From Bacteroidia bacterium (GTDB taxonomy: Bacteria; Bacteroidota; Bacteroidia; B-17B0; Aurantibacillaceae): a DNA stretch of 64,000 nucleotides. Location of the stretch: NCBI GenBank assembly GCA_026414605.1, contig JAOAIP010000019.1, forward strand, positions 5,242 through 69,241, given 5' to 3'. A program made the position numbers and the translations under genes. This document shows, one piece after another, positions 1-10,083 of the stretch (position 1 is its first letter; every line of letters begins with the position of its first letter). Under the pieces are notes generated by a model. It had not been told where the DNA came from, made no database searches, and saw nothing but the letters and a program-made list of their open reading frames with translations.

Positions 1-335
1 GTTATTAGAATTTGTTTTTGGCGATACTTAATCAATGCTTGATTTGAAATTGTTTTGGAAATAGAAGCAATACCTTGTTTTTTAGATAAAATAGAAAAAA
101 TACTATCAGGATTAAAGTATTTGCCTTGCGCAGGAAGTATTTTTAAATCGGGCTCAATAGAATTGTATAAATTACTTACTACTGAAGTAAAACCATTCAT
201 CACAGACACAATAATGATAAAAGCCGCCGTAGTAAAGGATATAGCCAATACACTAATCCAACTAATGATGTTGATGATGTTATTAGATTTTTTTGAAAAT
301 AAGTAGCGAAAAGATAATAATCTTATTAACCTCAC
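1..335 (-). CDS. FtsX/LolC/LolE-family ABC transporter permease, N-terminal part (gene runs off the window)
   Basis: Absent from the ORF track because it has no stop inside the window. My reverse-strand translation from GTG 335-333 reads VRLIRLLSFRYLFSKKSNNIINIISWISVLAISFTTAAFIIIVSVMNGFTSVVSNLYNSIEPDLKILPAQGKYF. The RYLFSKK motif, first TM helix and start of the periplasmic domain are typical of LolE-like permeases. The GTGA start overlaps the rbfA stop. Confidence 0.7.
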   Translation of the reverse strand, partial: MRLIRLLSFRYLFSKKSNNIINIISWISVLAISFTTAAFIIIVSVMNGFTSVVSNLYNSIEPDLKILPAQGKYFNPDSIFSILSKKQGIASISKTISNQALIKYRQKQILI

Positions 336-685
336 TTTTTTGTGTTTTTTAATAACTGTTCAATCCTTTCGGCAATATCCAAACTTTCATCAAAATAAAA
401 TTTTAATTCGGGAATTTTGCGCAGTTTTTTTGCGAGTTTGTCGCCCACATATTTTCGTATTTTTTTATTGTTTTCCTCAATCATTTGAAAAACGGTTTTC
501 CTGTCATATTTTTCTGAAGGCAATATACTCACATAAATTTTTGCAATAGATAAATCAGCTGTTACTTTTACTTCTGATATATTAATGAATGCGCCTAAAT
601 AATCTATTGAAGCGTGAAACAAAAAATACTCGGCAACGGTGGCTTGAACAAGTTCTGCTACTTTTTTTTGCTTGATACTTTCCAT
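332..685 (-). CDS. rbfA: ribosome-binding factor A
   Basis: 117 aa. ISEVKVTADLSIAKIYVSIL and KIPELKFYFDESLD match the RbfA family pattern and size. Confidence 0.9.
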   Translation of the reverse strand: MESIKQKKVAELVQATVAEYFLFHASIDYLGAFINISEVKVTADLSIAKIYVSILPSEKYDRKTVFQMIEENNKKIRKYVGDKLAKKLRKIPELKFYFDESLDIAERIEQLLKNTKK

Positions 686-700
686 AATTTTTTATTTGAG

Positions 701-708
701 CAAATTTA
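701..708 (-). promoter_or_regulatory. Bacteroidota -7 promoter box TAAATTTG for rbfA
   Basis: The reverse strand reads TAAATTTG (TAnnTTTG consensus) 16 nt upstream of the rbfA ATG. Confidence 0.45.
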
Positions 709-864
709 CAACAAATAATGGGATTGATTAAATTAAAAATGAATAATTACTCAAATATATCTTATCATCAAATGGGCTTTTCATTTAAATGTAAATACGG
801 TTCAAATAATAAAATAAATTTTTCTTCAAAATTTCTTCAAAATCAAATGTTTATTTTTGACCCT

Positions 865-1542
865 ATGAAAATATTAGTTATTGAAGATGAAAAAGAATTA
901 GCCGAAAGCATTATTTCTTATTTTTCCGGAAATGGCTTTGTCTGCGAATGGGCAAAAAACACGGAATCTGCCATTGAAAAAATTATATGTTTTGAATACG
1001 ATTGTATTTTGCTGGACTTGATGTTACCCGATGGAAACGGATTCAAGATATTAGAAGAATTGAAAAAAGAAAACAAAAACGATGGTGTAATTATCATCTC
1101 TGCCAAAGATACATTGGATACAAAAATTGAAGGTCTGCAACTCGGAGCAGATGATTATCTTGCAAAACCCTTTCATTTATCAGAACTGCTGGCGAGAGTG
1201 CAGGCATTATTACGAAGAAAAAAATTTAAAGGAAATAACATTGTTGTTTTTAATGAAATTCAGATAGATGTTTTATCCAAGGAAGTAAAAGTAAATAATA
1301 CAAAAATTGAACTTACTAAAAAAGAATTGAATTTATTGTTATATTTGATTAGTAATGAAAATAAAGTGCTTTCCAAAAATGCTATAGCAGAACATTTATC
1401 AGGAGATATGGCAGATATGCTGGATAATCACGACTTTGTTTATACACACATTAAAAATCTGAAGAACAAATTAAAAAACGCCGGATCCGGAAATTATATT
1501 AAAACAATTTATGGAATTGGATATAAATGGCAGAATGAATAA
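865..1542 (+). CDS. OmpR/PhoB-type response regulator (receiver domain plus winged-helix domain)
   Basis: MKILVIEDEKELAE..., ILLDLMLPDGNG and KPF receiver motifs. The C-terminal part has KELNLLLYL...IKTIYGIGYKW, a Trans_reg_C signature. I start at ATG 865 rather than the track start 718, because the family begins at MKILVIEDE. Confidence 0.9.
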   Translation: MKILVIEDEKELAESIISYFSGNGFVCEWAKNTESAIEKIICFEYDCILLDLMLPDGNGFKILEELKKENKNDGVIIISAKDTLDTKIEGLQLGADDYLAKPFHLSELLARVQALLRRKKFKGNNIVVFNEIQIDVLSKEVKVNNTKIELTKKELNLLLYLISNENKVLSKNAIAEHLSGDMADMLDNHDFVYTHIKNLKNKLKNAGSGNYIKTIYGIGYKWQNE

Positions 1543-2800
1543 AAGTTTATTACATACGGTATTAAAGACCTACCTTATTGCTGTTATTGTTGTGTTTATT
1601 ATTGTCGCCCCATTTTTTTATTTTAGTTTAAAAAAATTATATCTTGATGATGTAGATGAAGCATTACTGCTTCGTAAAAAAGAATTTATGATAAAACAAC
1701 TCCCCTATTTAAATCAAAAAGATATTGTCTTATGGAATAAATTTAACAGAGAAAGCAAGATATTTCCAAACGAACGATTAAAGAAGGACTCATTGTTCTT
1801 TAAATATTATTATGACAGTTTAGATCACGAAGAAGAACCCTACAGAGAAATTAATGTACCCATAGTAATAAACAATAAGCCCTATATTTATTCAGATAAA
1901 ATGAATTTAGTTGAGTCGGAAGATTTGATTGAAAGTATAACTATACTCTTTTTAATAACCCTGATTCTTCTATTAATAACATTATTTTTTGTAACAAAGA
2001 AAGTGGCATTGGTTATCTGGAAACCTTTTTATAACACACTCCAACAAATTGAAAAATTTGAAATTGATAAAATGAACTATCCAACTTTTTCCGATACAGA
2101 TATTCAGGAATTTGTAAGATTAAATCAAAGTATCCTCAAACTGATAGAGAAGAATGTAGCCATCTATCAACAACAAAAAGAATTTGTAGAAAATGCTTCT
2201 CACGAATTACAAACCCCTGTGGCTGTTATTCAGGCAAAAATGGATACCCTTCTTCAAAGCGGCGATTTTAGCAAGAAACAATATGAAATAATAACATCTA
2301 TAAATGAAAACATTGCCCGTCTGACTCGTTTAAATAAAAATCTGCTGCTTTTATCCAAAATAGAAAACCATTTTTATTCCGATAAACAACGTATCAACTT
2401 AAATGACCTGATAAAAAAACAACTGGATTTTTTTATTGAACAAGCAGAGTCAAAAGATATAAGCATAATAACAGAACTCAATGAAAATGTGAATGTTTTT
2501 TCAAATTACACACTTGTTGAAATCCTTATCAGCAATCTTATTTTAAATGCTATTCAACACAACATACCACAGGGAAAAATTATTATTAAACTTACTCAAA
2601 AAAATTTTATTGTAGCAAACAGTGGAAAAACTCAACCTATCCCACAAGAAAAAGTATTTCTACGTTTTTCAAAAACAGATCCCTCTGCCAAAGGAAATGG
2701 CTTGGGATTAGCCATTATCAAAAAAATTACTGAACTTAATAACTGGCAAATAACCTATTCGTTTTCTGAAAATTTGCATTTTTTTACAGTATTGTTTTAA
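1535..2800 (+). CDS. sensor histidine kinase (two TM segments, HisKA, HATPase_c)
   Basis: H-box FVENASHELQTPVAVI, N-box LILNAIQHN and G-box GNGLGLAIIKKI. Two hydrophobic segments flank a roughly 110-aa periplasmic loop. ATG 1535 overlaps the regulator stop by 8 nt. The track start 1511 is also possible. Confidence 0.9.
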   Translation: MNKSLLHTVLKTYLIAVIVVFIIVAPFFYFSLKKLYLDDVDEALLLRKKEFMIKQLPYLNQKDIVLWNKFNRESKIFPNERLKKDSLFFKYYYDSLDHEEEPYREINVPIVINNKPYIYSDKMNLVESEDLIESITILFLITLILLLITLFFVTKKVALVIWKPFYNTLQQIEKFEIDKMNYPTFSDTDIQEFVRLNQSILKLIEKNVAIYQQQKEFVENASHELQTPVAVIQAKMDTLLQSGDFSKKQYEIITSINENIARLTRLNKNLLLLSKIENHFYSDKQRINLNDLIKKQLDFFIEQAESKDISIITELNENVNVFSNYTLVEILISNLILNAIQHNIPQGKIIIKLTQKNFIVANSGKTQPIPQEKVFLRFSKTDPSAKGNGLGLAIIKKITELNNWQITYSFSENLHFFTVLF

Positions 2801-2829
2801 AAATTCAGAATTTCTCCAAAATTGTATAA

Positions 2830-2837
2830 TACCTTTG
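2830..2837 (+). promoter_or_regulatory. -7 promoter box TACCTTTG
   Basis: TAnnTTTG match 21 nt upstream of ATG 2858. Confidence 0.45.
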
Positions 2838-2857
2838 TAGCATAAAATTTAAAAACT

Positions 2858-3286
2858 ATGAAACGTGTAAAACTCGTAGCAGCCGCAGCGATGATAACTT
2901 CGCTTGCCTGGGCTCAAAAAATCAATGAAAAAGAAGTTCCCATTGCGGTAAAAAATGCACTTCATCAGAAGTATCCAGATGCAAAGGAAGTAAAGTGGGA
3001 AAAAGAGAATCAGTACATTGAAGCGGAATTTGACGTGAAAAAAGCGGACGTCTCTGTTTTATTTGATGACCAAGGTAACATTATTGAAACAGAGCAGGAA
3101 ATTGAAATCAACGAACTTCCCAAAGGAGTAGTTGACTACGTCAAATCGCATTACAAACAAAACATCAAGGAAGCCGCTAAAATTACAGATGCAAAAGGAA
3201 CGGTTACTTATGAAGCAGAAATCAAAGGAATGGATTTGATTTTTGACAGCAACGGAAAATTCCTAAAAGAAATTAAAGAGAAATAA
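2858..3286 (+). CDS. PepSY-like (DUF2874-type) secreted protein
   Basis: Signal peptide MKRVKLVAAAAMITSLAWAQ. Repeated P..V...(F/L)..KYP.A....W and YEAE patterns are typical of the small PepSY-like proteins found next to two-component systems in Bacteroidota. Confidence 0.6.
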   Translation: MKRVKLVAAAAMITSLAWAQKINEKEVPIAVKNALHQKYPDAKEVKWEKENQYIEAEFDVKKADVSVLFDDQGNIIETEQEIEINELPKGVVDYVKSHYKQNIKEAAKITDAKGTVTYEAEIKGMDLIFDSNGKFLKEIKEK

Positions 3287-3316
3287 AGGAACTTCTTATA
3301 TTTCATAATTATAGTC

Positions 3317-3403
3317 AGGATACCTTGTTGTGGGTTGGTTAAGGTGGTTATGTAATACATAACAATACACTTTATTTAACCCCGCAAGGTATTCTTTTTT
3401 TTT
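3317..3403 (+). terminator. long compound stem-loop followed by a T-run (intrinsic terminator or structured 3' element)
   Basis: AGGATACCTTG (3317-3327) pairs with CAAGGTATTCT (3385-3395), including one G-U pair. GGGTT (3332-3336) pairs with AACCC (3378-3382). The inner perfect hairpin is GTTATGTA-A-TACATAAC (3347-3363). A T-run follows at 3395-3403. Confidence 0.6.
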
Positions 3404-3445
3404 ATTTGTAATAACAAGCATTCAAATTAAAACATTAATAATCTA

Positions 3446-4744
3446 ATGAAGTATCCTTTTTTAATATTGATTTTTTCATTTCTTGTCAGAGCACAAAACA
3501 ATCTTCAATTTTATTTGGAAGCAGCAGAAAAAAACAGTGCACTCATTAATGATTACAAAAATCAAACAAACGCCAATGAATTAGAAATAATAAAATTAAA
3601 ATCTTTGTATTTAAAACCACAGATAAATATTTTAGTCAATTATCTTTTATCACCAGTTATAGGAAAAGTTGATAACCAATACCGTTTGGAGGTAAATTCA
3701 AGTGGAAATAAATTTGAAACATCGGCAAATGGCATAAGTAATTATTATGGATATGATTTAGCATATTCTAACGGAGGACAATATCAAGCGATGATACATT
3801 TGATTCAACCGATATTCAATAAGCAAAGATACTTGTCGGCAATAGATCCACTTTTAATTTCTAATCAAATAAACCAAAATAATATCAAACTGACAAAACA
3901 CGATTTACAAAAAATAATAACCGACCAATACATATTATGTTATCAAGACAAACTTCAAATTAATTTCACAGAATCTATACTAAAAGTCATCGAAGAACAA
4001 AAAAACATTTTAAACGAATTAGTAAAAAATGGAATTTATAAAAAATCTGATAGAATATTATTAGAGATTGAATCTCAAAATTATTTATCACAAATAAATT
4101 TATACAAATCCTACTATAAAAGGGATTTACTTGACTTAAATATATTATGTGGAATAAATGATACAAGCGGTGTAGAAATAGAAAATCCGCAATTATCTTT
4201 AAATACCTTTTCCGGAGAATCCAATTTTTTACAAAAATATAAATTAGATAGTTTAAGTTTAGTAGCCCAACAAAAAGTGTTTGAAATCAAATATAAACCA
4301 CAAATAAATTTTTTTGCAAATACAGGATTGAATGCTGTTTATGCACCCACAATACCGCAAAGATTAGGAATGAGTGCAGGAATAAATTTTACATACAATT
4401 TATATGACGGAAAACAAAAAAGAACAAATGAAACAAAAACAAAAATTTTAAATACAACAATATCGTATTACAAAGAATTTTTTATCACACAAAATAATGT
4501 TCGTAAAGCAAAGGTGCTCTCTGAATTAAAATCAATTACAGAAAGAATATCTATCCTTCAAAAACAATTACAGGAATATGATGAATTATTAAATGTATAC
4601 AAAAAAGAAATTTTATCAGGACAAATGTCTATTATCAATTATATTAACATAATTAAAAACCTAATCTCATTACAAAAAGATTATGCTGTTTTAATAACAC
4701 AAAGATTTTATCTTATAAATACTTTTAATTATTGGAACTGGTAA
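3446..4744 (+). CDS. TolC-family outer membrane efflux protein
   Basis: 432 aa with a signal peptide and two coiled repeat halves. It lies directly upstream of the adaptor and RND pump genes. The N-terminal LQFYLEAAEKNSALI is typical of OEP family proteins. Confidence 0.8.
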   Translation: MKYPFLILIFSFLVRAQNNLQFYLEAAEKNSALINDYKNQTNANELEIIKLKSLYLKPQINILVNYLLSPVIGKVDNQYRLEVNSSGNKFETSANGISNYYGYDLAYSNGGQYQAMIHLIQPIFNKQRYLSAIDPLLISNQINQNNIKLTKHDLQKIITDQYILCYQDKLQINFTESILKVIEEQKNILNELVKNGIYKKSDRILLEIESQNYLSQINLYKSYYKRDLLDLNILCGINDTSGVEIENPQLSLNTFSGESNFLQKYKLDSLSLVAQQKVFEIKYKPQINFFANTGLNAVYAPTIPQRLGMSAGINFTYNLYDGKQKRTNETKTKILNTTISYYKEFFITQNNVRKAKVLSELKSITERISILQKQLQEYDELLNVYKKEILSGQMSIINYINIIKNLISLQKDYAVLITQRFYLINTFNYWNW

Positions 4745-4753
4745 ATAAAGTAT

Positions 4754-5677
4754 ATGAAACAAATAAATCATTTTATAGTAGTGTTTCTCTTTTTTGTTTC
4801 TTGCAAAAGTACCACAGAAAACACAGAAATAATTATAACGCCTAAAACTCCTGTTGAAGTCGTGAATATACAAACAGGAACTATAAATCAGGATATAGTT
4901 GTATATGGTACAACACAATATCTGAAAAGAAATATCATAACCTCGCCCATCCCTGCGTTTATAAGAGAAGTAAACATTAAGTTAGGTGATAAAATCAATA
5001 AAGGAGATGTATTATATGTTCTTCAATCAAAAGAAAGTAAAGCGGTAGCAAATAATATCAGTCAAATAGATTCAACTTTAAAAAATTTTGGAATTATAAA
5101 AATTACAGCGCCCTCATCAGGTATTATTACCACATTTGATAAGCAGCAGGTCGGAGATTATGTATTAGAAGGCACACAATTATGCACAATTGCTGAAAGC
5201 AAAGATCTTTTAGTACAGGTAAATGTTCCGTATGAATATACACACGATATAAAATTAGGTAGTTCGTGTTTTATTTCTTTACCTGATAGCACTACCTATT
5301 TGGCTACACTTACTCAATCATTAGCCACAATGAATTCAACCGTTCAAACACAATTGTTTTTTGCACAATTTATACAGCCGATATTGATACCAGAAGGTAT
5401 GAATGTTTTGGTAAAATTTAAGAAACCTTCAATATCGGTTCAACAAATTTTACCCAAATCCTGCGTATTAAGCGATGAAATGATGAAAGAATTTTGGATT
5501 ATGAAGTTAGTAACTGACACCATAGCAATAAAAGTTCCTGTTCAGGTCGGAAAATCAAATTCTGAATTTATTGAAATACTCGCTCCTAAATTTAATAAAG
5601 AAGATAAAATTATTTCAAATGGTAATTACGGATTATCTGATACGGCGTATGTTTATATTTTAAATAATAAAAAATGA
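4754..5677 (+). CDS. efflux RND transporter periplasmic adaptor subunit (HlyD/MFP family), lipoprotein
   Basis: Lipobox FFVSC. Biotinyl-lipoyl-like motif VNIKLGDKINKGDVLYVL ... ITAPSSGIIT. Sits between the TolC and RND genes, with an ATGA overlap to the next gene. Confidence 0.8.
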   Translation: MKQINHFIVVFLFFVSCKSTTENTEIIITPKTPVEVVNIQTGTINQDIVVYGTTQYLKRNIITSPIPAFIREVNIKLGDKINKGDVLYVLQSKESKAVANNISQIDSTLKNFGIIKITAPSSGIITTFDKQQVGDYVLEGTQLCTIAESKDLLVQVNVPYEYTHDIKLGSSCFISLPDSTTYLATLTQSLATMNSTVQTQLFFAQFIQPILIPEGMNVLVKFKKPSISVQQILPKSCVLSDEMMKEFWIMKLVTDTIAIKVPVQVGKSNSEFIEILAPKFNKEDKIISNGNYGLSDTAYVYILNNKK

Positions 5678-8600
5678 TAACACAAAATTTTTTTGTTACA
5701 TTTAAAAAACCAATACTTTTTCTCAGCATCACACTTTTATTATTTGGTATTTACTCTTACACCAAGATGGAAACTAATCTTTTTCCTGAAGTGTTGTTTC
5801 CGAGAGTAACTTTAATAGCCGATGCAGGACAGCAACCTATTGACCGCGTGATGATAACAATTACAAAACCCATTGAAAGTGCAGTGAAAAAAGTAAAAGG
5901 TGTAAGAGTGGTCAAAAGTACCACAAGCAGAGGAAATACAGTAGTAGATGTGTTTTTTGAATGGGGGACAGATGTCTATCAAGCAAAACTACAAATTGAA
6001 AGCCGCATTAATGAGATTAAAAATTTTTTACCGCCGGGCGTTAATATCGCTATTGAATCTATGAATCAAAGCACCTTCCCGGTTTTCGGATTTACCCTTG
6101 AATGCAAAAATCATAGTTTAGTGGCTTTAAGAGACAAAGCCAATCTTATAATCCGACCTATGTTTTCTCAGGTAAAAGGTGTATCCAATGTGGTGGTTAG
6201 AGGAGGAAAAAACAAAGAATTTGTGATAGTTCCGGATGTAAATAAAATGGCGACTTTAAAAATTACTCTCAATTCGATTATTAATGTATTTAACAACACA
6301 AACTTTGTAACTTCAAATGGATTCTTAAACAACCACCATCGCCTTTATCTTTCATTAGTAGATTCAAGAATTATGAACATTAGCGATCTTGAAAATACAG
6401 TCATAAAAAATGACGGGATACGTCTGATTAAATTAAAAGATATTGCAAGAGTTACTTTAAAAGAACAGATAGAATTTATTGTAGTTAATGCTAATGGACA
6501 CGAATCTGTACTTATTGATATTATTAAACAGCCCGGAATAAACTTAATAGAGTTTGCAAAAGAATGTGCACAAAAAGCAGAAGAGATTCAAAAACAACTA
6601 CCCAAAGGCATGGTTTTGAAACCGTATTATAATCAGGCATCTTTTGTAGGAGAAAGTATAAACAGTGTTATCCGAACAATTTATGAGGGACTTATTTTAT
6701 CTGTAATTGTGATGATCCTTTTTCTTAAGTCATGGAGAGCAAGTTTAGTCGTTATTCTTACAATTCCAATCACGCTTGGTTTTACTATTTTAGTTCTATA
6801 TTTATTTGGAATTTCAATAAACATAATGTCTTTGGGGGCTATTGCTGCATCTATCGGGCTCATTATAGATGATGCCATTGTTATTATAGAACAAATCTAC
6901 CGAAAACATGAAGATATACCGAATATCTCAACAGAAAGAGCGGTTAAAGAATCTATACATGAATTATTTCCAGCAATGATAGGATCTTCACTTACTACTA
7001 TTGTTATTCATTTTCCTTTCAGATTACTCAGTGGATTGGCGGGCAGTTTCTTTAAAGAACTTTCTGATACTATGCAACTCACAATGGTTACTTCCTTTTT
7101 AGTTACCTGGTTGCTATTACCGGTTTTGCATATTGTTATTGGCTATAAGCAAAAAATACATCACAAGCACTTAAAAACCAATCAACAAATTAAAAAATTA
7201 AAATGGTTAACCTGGTTTTTTAATAAGCCCTATTTTGCAATAATATTTATCGTTTTATTAGGAACTTTGGCATGGAATTCTTTTAATAAGTTAGAGACAG
7301 GATTTTTGCCTGATTTGGATGAAGGTACCATCGTGCTGGATTATTTTATGCCACCAGGAACATCTGTAAGCGAAACCAACAGAGTATTATCCGAAGTAGA
7401 TAAAATAATACTTTCTCATCCTGAAGTAGAAACCTACACAAGAAGAACAGGTATCAGAATGGCTTTTAATACAGTACCTCCCAATTTCGGAGATTATTTA
7501 ATACAATTAAAACCAAATAGAACCAAAAAAACAACAGAAGTCATTGAGGATTTACGAAAAAAAATTACTGCTACATATCCTGTATTACATGTTAGTTTTG
7601 GTCAAAGAATAAGCGATTTGTTAGGCGATTTAATGAGTACACCTCAACCGATAGAAATAAAAATTTTTGGAGAAGATTACAATCGTCTGCAAAACATATC
7701 CAAAGAAGCAGAAAAAGTGATAAGTAATATAAACGGAATAGTGGATGTGGATAATGGATTAAGAATTGCCGGTCCTTATGTTCAGTTTATTCCCAATCAA
7801 GAAATGCTGAGCAGATATAAATTAACTCCTGTAGATTTATTGACACAAACTTCTGTTTATATTGGTGGCTTGCCTTTGGGTATAAATGCCAATCAACCAA
7901 CGCCCTCTCCCGCACAAGCCGCCTTAACATCCGGTATTCAGGTTGGACAAATACAAGACGGAGAACAAATGCGAAAATTAATAATACGATTATCAGATAT
8001 TGATAATATTAATTTAGAAAACATAAAAAACTTGCCGATCTTTCTGCCAGACGGATCAACCTTACCACTCCATATATTTTGTGAAATAAAAATACTTTCT
8101 GGAGAAGCAGAACAAAAAAGAGAAAATCTAAAATCTTGTGTGATACTTACCGCAAGGTTAAATAATAAAGATTTAGGCAGTGCTATTCAAGAAATCCAAA
8201 AGAACTTAAATGAAAAAATTTCTTTACCAAAAGGGTATTTCTTTAACTTTGGTGGATCTTATGCAGAACAACAACAATCTTTCAATGAACTTATGTTGGT
8301 ATTGATTATGGCGTCTTTGTTTGTTTTAGGAGTGCTCATTTTCTTGTTTAAAGAATGGTTACTTGCTTTGCTGATATTGTTTGTTGCATTAATTGGCATA
8401 TTAGGAAGCATCATTTTTTTGTATATTTTTAATATCCCTTTAAATGTCAGCAGTTATACAGGAATAATTATGATTGTTGGGATTTTATCAGAAAATGCTA
8501 TCTTTACTGTTGCTCAATTTAAACAAAATTTTCAAAAAACAAAAAATCTGATAGAATCTATAAGTTATGCCATCGCTTTACGAATAAGACCAAAACTTAT

Positions 8601-8784
8601 GACTGCTATTGGTGCCATTTTGGCTTTATTACCATTAGCACTTGGTATTGGGTTTGGTGCTCAAATGCAGCAAGCATTGGCTATTGCTGTCATTGGAGGT
8701 TTTGTTGTTGGATTGCCTACACTTTTGTTGATATTCCCAAGTTTGTTATATCTGCTTTATAAGTATAAAAAAACATCTGTGTGA
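5674..8784 (+). CDS. efflux RND transporter permease (AcrB/CzcA superfamily, CzcA/CusA-like)
   Basis: 1036 aa with 12-TM architecture and two large periplasmic loops. GFLPDLDEGTIV resembles the CzcA-type FxPExDEG motif. Confidence 0.9.
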   Translation: MITQNFFVTFKKPILFLSITLLLFGIYSYTKMETNLFPEVLFPRVTLIADAGQQPIDRVMITITKPIESAVKKVKGVRVVKSTTSRGNTVVDVFFEWGTDVYQAKLQIESRINEIKNFLPPGVNIAIESMNQSTFPVFGFTLECKNHSLVALRDKANLIIRPMFSQVKGVSNVVVRGGKNKEFVIVPDVNKMATLKITLNSIINVFNNTNFVTSNGFLNNHHRLYLSLVDSRIMNISDLENTVIKNDGIRLIKLKDIARVTLKEQIEFIVVNANGHESVLIDIIKQPGINLIEFAKECAQKAEEIQKQLPKGMVLKPYYNQASFVGESINSVIRTIYEGLILSVIVMILFLKSWRASLVVILTIPITLGFTILVLYLFGISINIMSLGAIAASIGLIIDDAIVIIEQIYRKHEDIPNISTERAVKESIHELFPAMIGSSLTTIVIHFPFRLLSGLAGSFFKELSDTMQLTMVTSFLVTWLLLPVLHIVIGYKQKIHHKHLKTNQQIKKLKWLTWFFNKPYFAIIFIVLLGTLAWNSFNKLETGFLPDLDEGTIVLDYFMPPGTSVSETNRVLSEVDKIILSHPEVETYTRRTGIRMAFNTVPPNFGDYLIQLKPNRTKKTTEVIEDLRKKITATYPVLHVSFGQRISDLLGDLMSTPQPIEIKIFGEDYNRLQNISKEAEKVISNINGIVDVDNGLRIAGPYVQFIPNQEMLSRYKLTPVDLLTQTSVYIGGLPLGINANQPTPSPAQAALTSGIQVGQIQDGEQMRKLIIRLSDIDNINLENIKNLPIFLPDGSTLPLHIFCEIKILSGEAEQKRENLKSCVILTARLNNKDLGSAIQEIQKNLNEKISLPKGYFFNFGGSYAEQQQSFNELMLVLIMASLFVLGVLIFLFKEWLLALLILFVALIGILGSIIFLYIFNIPLNVSSYTGIIMIVGILSENAIFTVAQFKQNFQKTKNLIESISYAIALRIRPKLMTAIGAILALLPLALGIGFGAQMQQALAIAVIGGFVVGLPTLLLIFPSLLYLLYKYKKTSV

Positions 8785-8825
8785 ATATCTATTGATTCAA
8801 AATGATTTAAAAAATATAGTACCAA

Positions 8826-9938
8826 TCAGTGTATTCCTATTCTATAACCAATTCCTGCTTCAATATGATATGCTACGGCAAAATGGGTTTTTAATGAAAA
8901 GTGAGCCACTACATTGTTTTTAAAATAATAACGACAACCAAGACGATGATATAATCTACCGTTTGGAAATTCTTGTGAAGGAGTATACAAATAATAGCCC
9001 ATTTCTAAGATAGGTGTTAAGCGACCAAAATTGTATGCATAACAAAATTTTAGCCCCGTGCTAAATGTTGAGTGAAAATCAAAATGAACTGCATCTGTAT
9101 CACTTTTTCGTAATTCATACGGCAAACTTTGTTCGTAAAATGCATCTATACCTGCCCCCAATTGTTGATTTTGATGGATATTAAAATAATAATTAGCCCC
9201 CACTGTAAGAGCCCAAAGTTTATTGCCCGTTGGAGGTTCTACTTCATTCACACCTATGCCTGTAAAAAATAATAATTCGTGTTTTGTTTTTTTATCTGAT
9301 GTAGAGTCCTGAACAACAGAATAACGTTGAGTTTCTTTCCATTTGTAAGTGATGCCTATAGAGGGATACAAAGTGTTTATGCCTAAGTTAGGAACAGCAA
9401 AACGACAATTACTCACGTGAATAAATGTGATGTTGGGATTAAGATAAAGATGAGGAGAAATTCGCATTTGCCATAAGAAGCGAAATTGAATAAAGGTGTT
9501 CAAATGTGTACCAATGGCGATGTTTTTATGATTGGTTTCGGTATCATAAGGTTTAGTAATGTAAGCCAATCCCCAAGCCATTTTAAGTTTAAATAAGATA
9601 GATTTTTCTTTGTGTGTAAAAGGAAATTCTAAATAGGGAGCCACTGCAATACTACTGCCTATTTTTTCTTTGTTTCCAAGTGTTTCAAAGTTTAAACACA
9701 AACCATAATCGGGAAAATGATTTATCCGATGCCATTTGTAGTATCCTGAAGATGGTCGAAATAAATTAAGTTCTACAAAAAAAGGACGTTCTGCGATGAG
9801 ATTACCAATTTTTGATGAATGTTGAACAACAGAACCATATCCGCCATAGATAGAAAGAGAAGTAAAACCTTGCTGAGCAATACTTGTCATTCCTACAAGG
9901 CATAGGAAAGAAAGAAGTATGTGTTTTATGTGGAACAT
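8826..9938 (-). CDS. acyloxyacyl hydrolase / PagL-like lipid A deacylase family outer membrane protein
   Basis: Signal peptide followed by a beta-barrel-like alternating pattern. SVVQHSSKIG...YYKWHRINHFPDYGLCLNFETLGN resembles the Bacteroidota proteins annotated as acyloxyacyl hydrolase. Called from memory of the family only. Confidence 0.5.
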   Translation of the reverse strand: MFHIKHILLSFLCLVGMTSIAQQGFTSLSIYGGYGSVVQHSSKIGNLIAERPFFVELNLFRPSSGYYKWHRINHFPDYGLCLNFETLGNKEKIGSSIAVAPYLEFPFTHKEKSILFKLKMAWGLAYITKPYDTETNHKNIAIGTHLNTFIQFRFLWQMRISPHLYLNPNITFIHVSNCRFAVPNLGINTLYPSIGITYKWKETQRYSVVQDSTSDKKTKHELLFFTGIGVNEVEPPTGNKLWALTVGANYYFNIHQNQQLGAGIDAFYEQSLPYELRKSDTDAVHFDFHSTFSTGLKFCYAYNFGRLTPILEMGYYLYTPSQEFPNGRLYHRLGCRYYFKNNVVAHFSLKTHFAVAYHIEAGIGYRIGIH

Positions 9939-9950
9939 AGTATATCATTT

Positions 9951-10077
9951 AGTGGAAAGTTATACTCACCCCCTTTTATTAGTAGAAAGTGAAAAGTTTT
10001 AGGTCACTATAACTCTAAATCTCTAAATTGAAAAAGTATTTTCATTACTTTCAACTTTTCACTTTCAACTTTTAACT
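9951..10077. repeat. palindromic NNAAAGT heptad-repeat element, copy A
   Basis: The left arm has AGTGGAAAGT and AGTAGAAAGTGAAAAGT. The right arm ACTTTCAACTTTTCACTTTCAACTTTTAACT is its approximate reverse complement. Related copies lie at 38917-39036 and 59130-59298. Confidence 0.7.
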
Positions 10078-10083
10078 AAATTT

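Noticed and set aside
55-306. 83-aa plus-strand ORF at the start of the window
   Set aside because: The opposite strand encodes a convincing LolE/FtsX-type permease N-terminus across the same bases. The plus-strand ORF has no recognisable features.
718-864. 49-codon N-terminal extension of the response regulator ORF
   Set aside because: Response regulators of this family begin at the MKILVIEDE-type motif. The extension is low-complexity and probably contains the promoter region.
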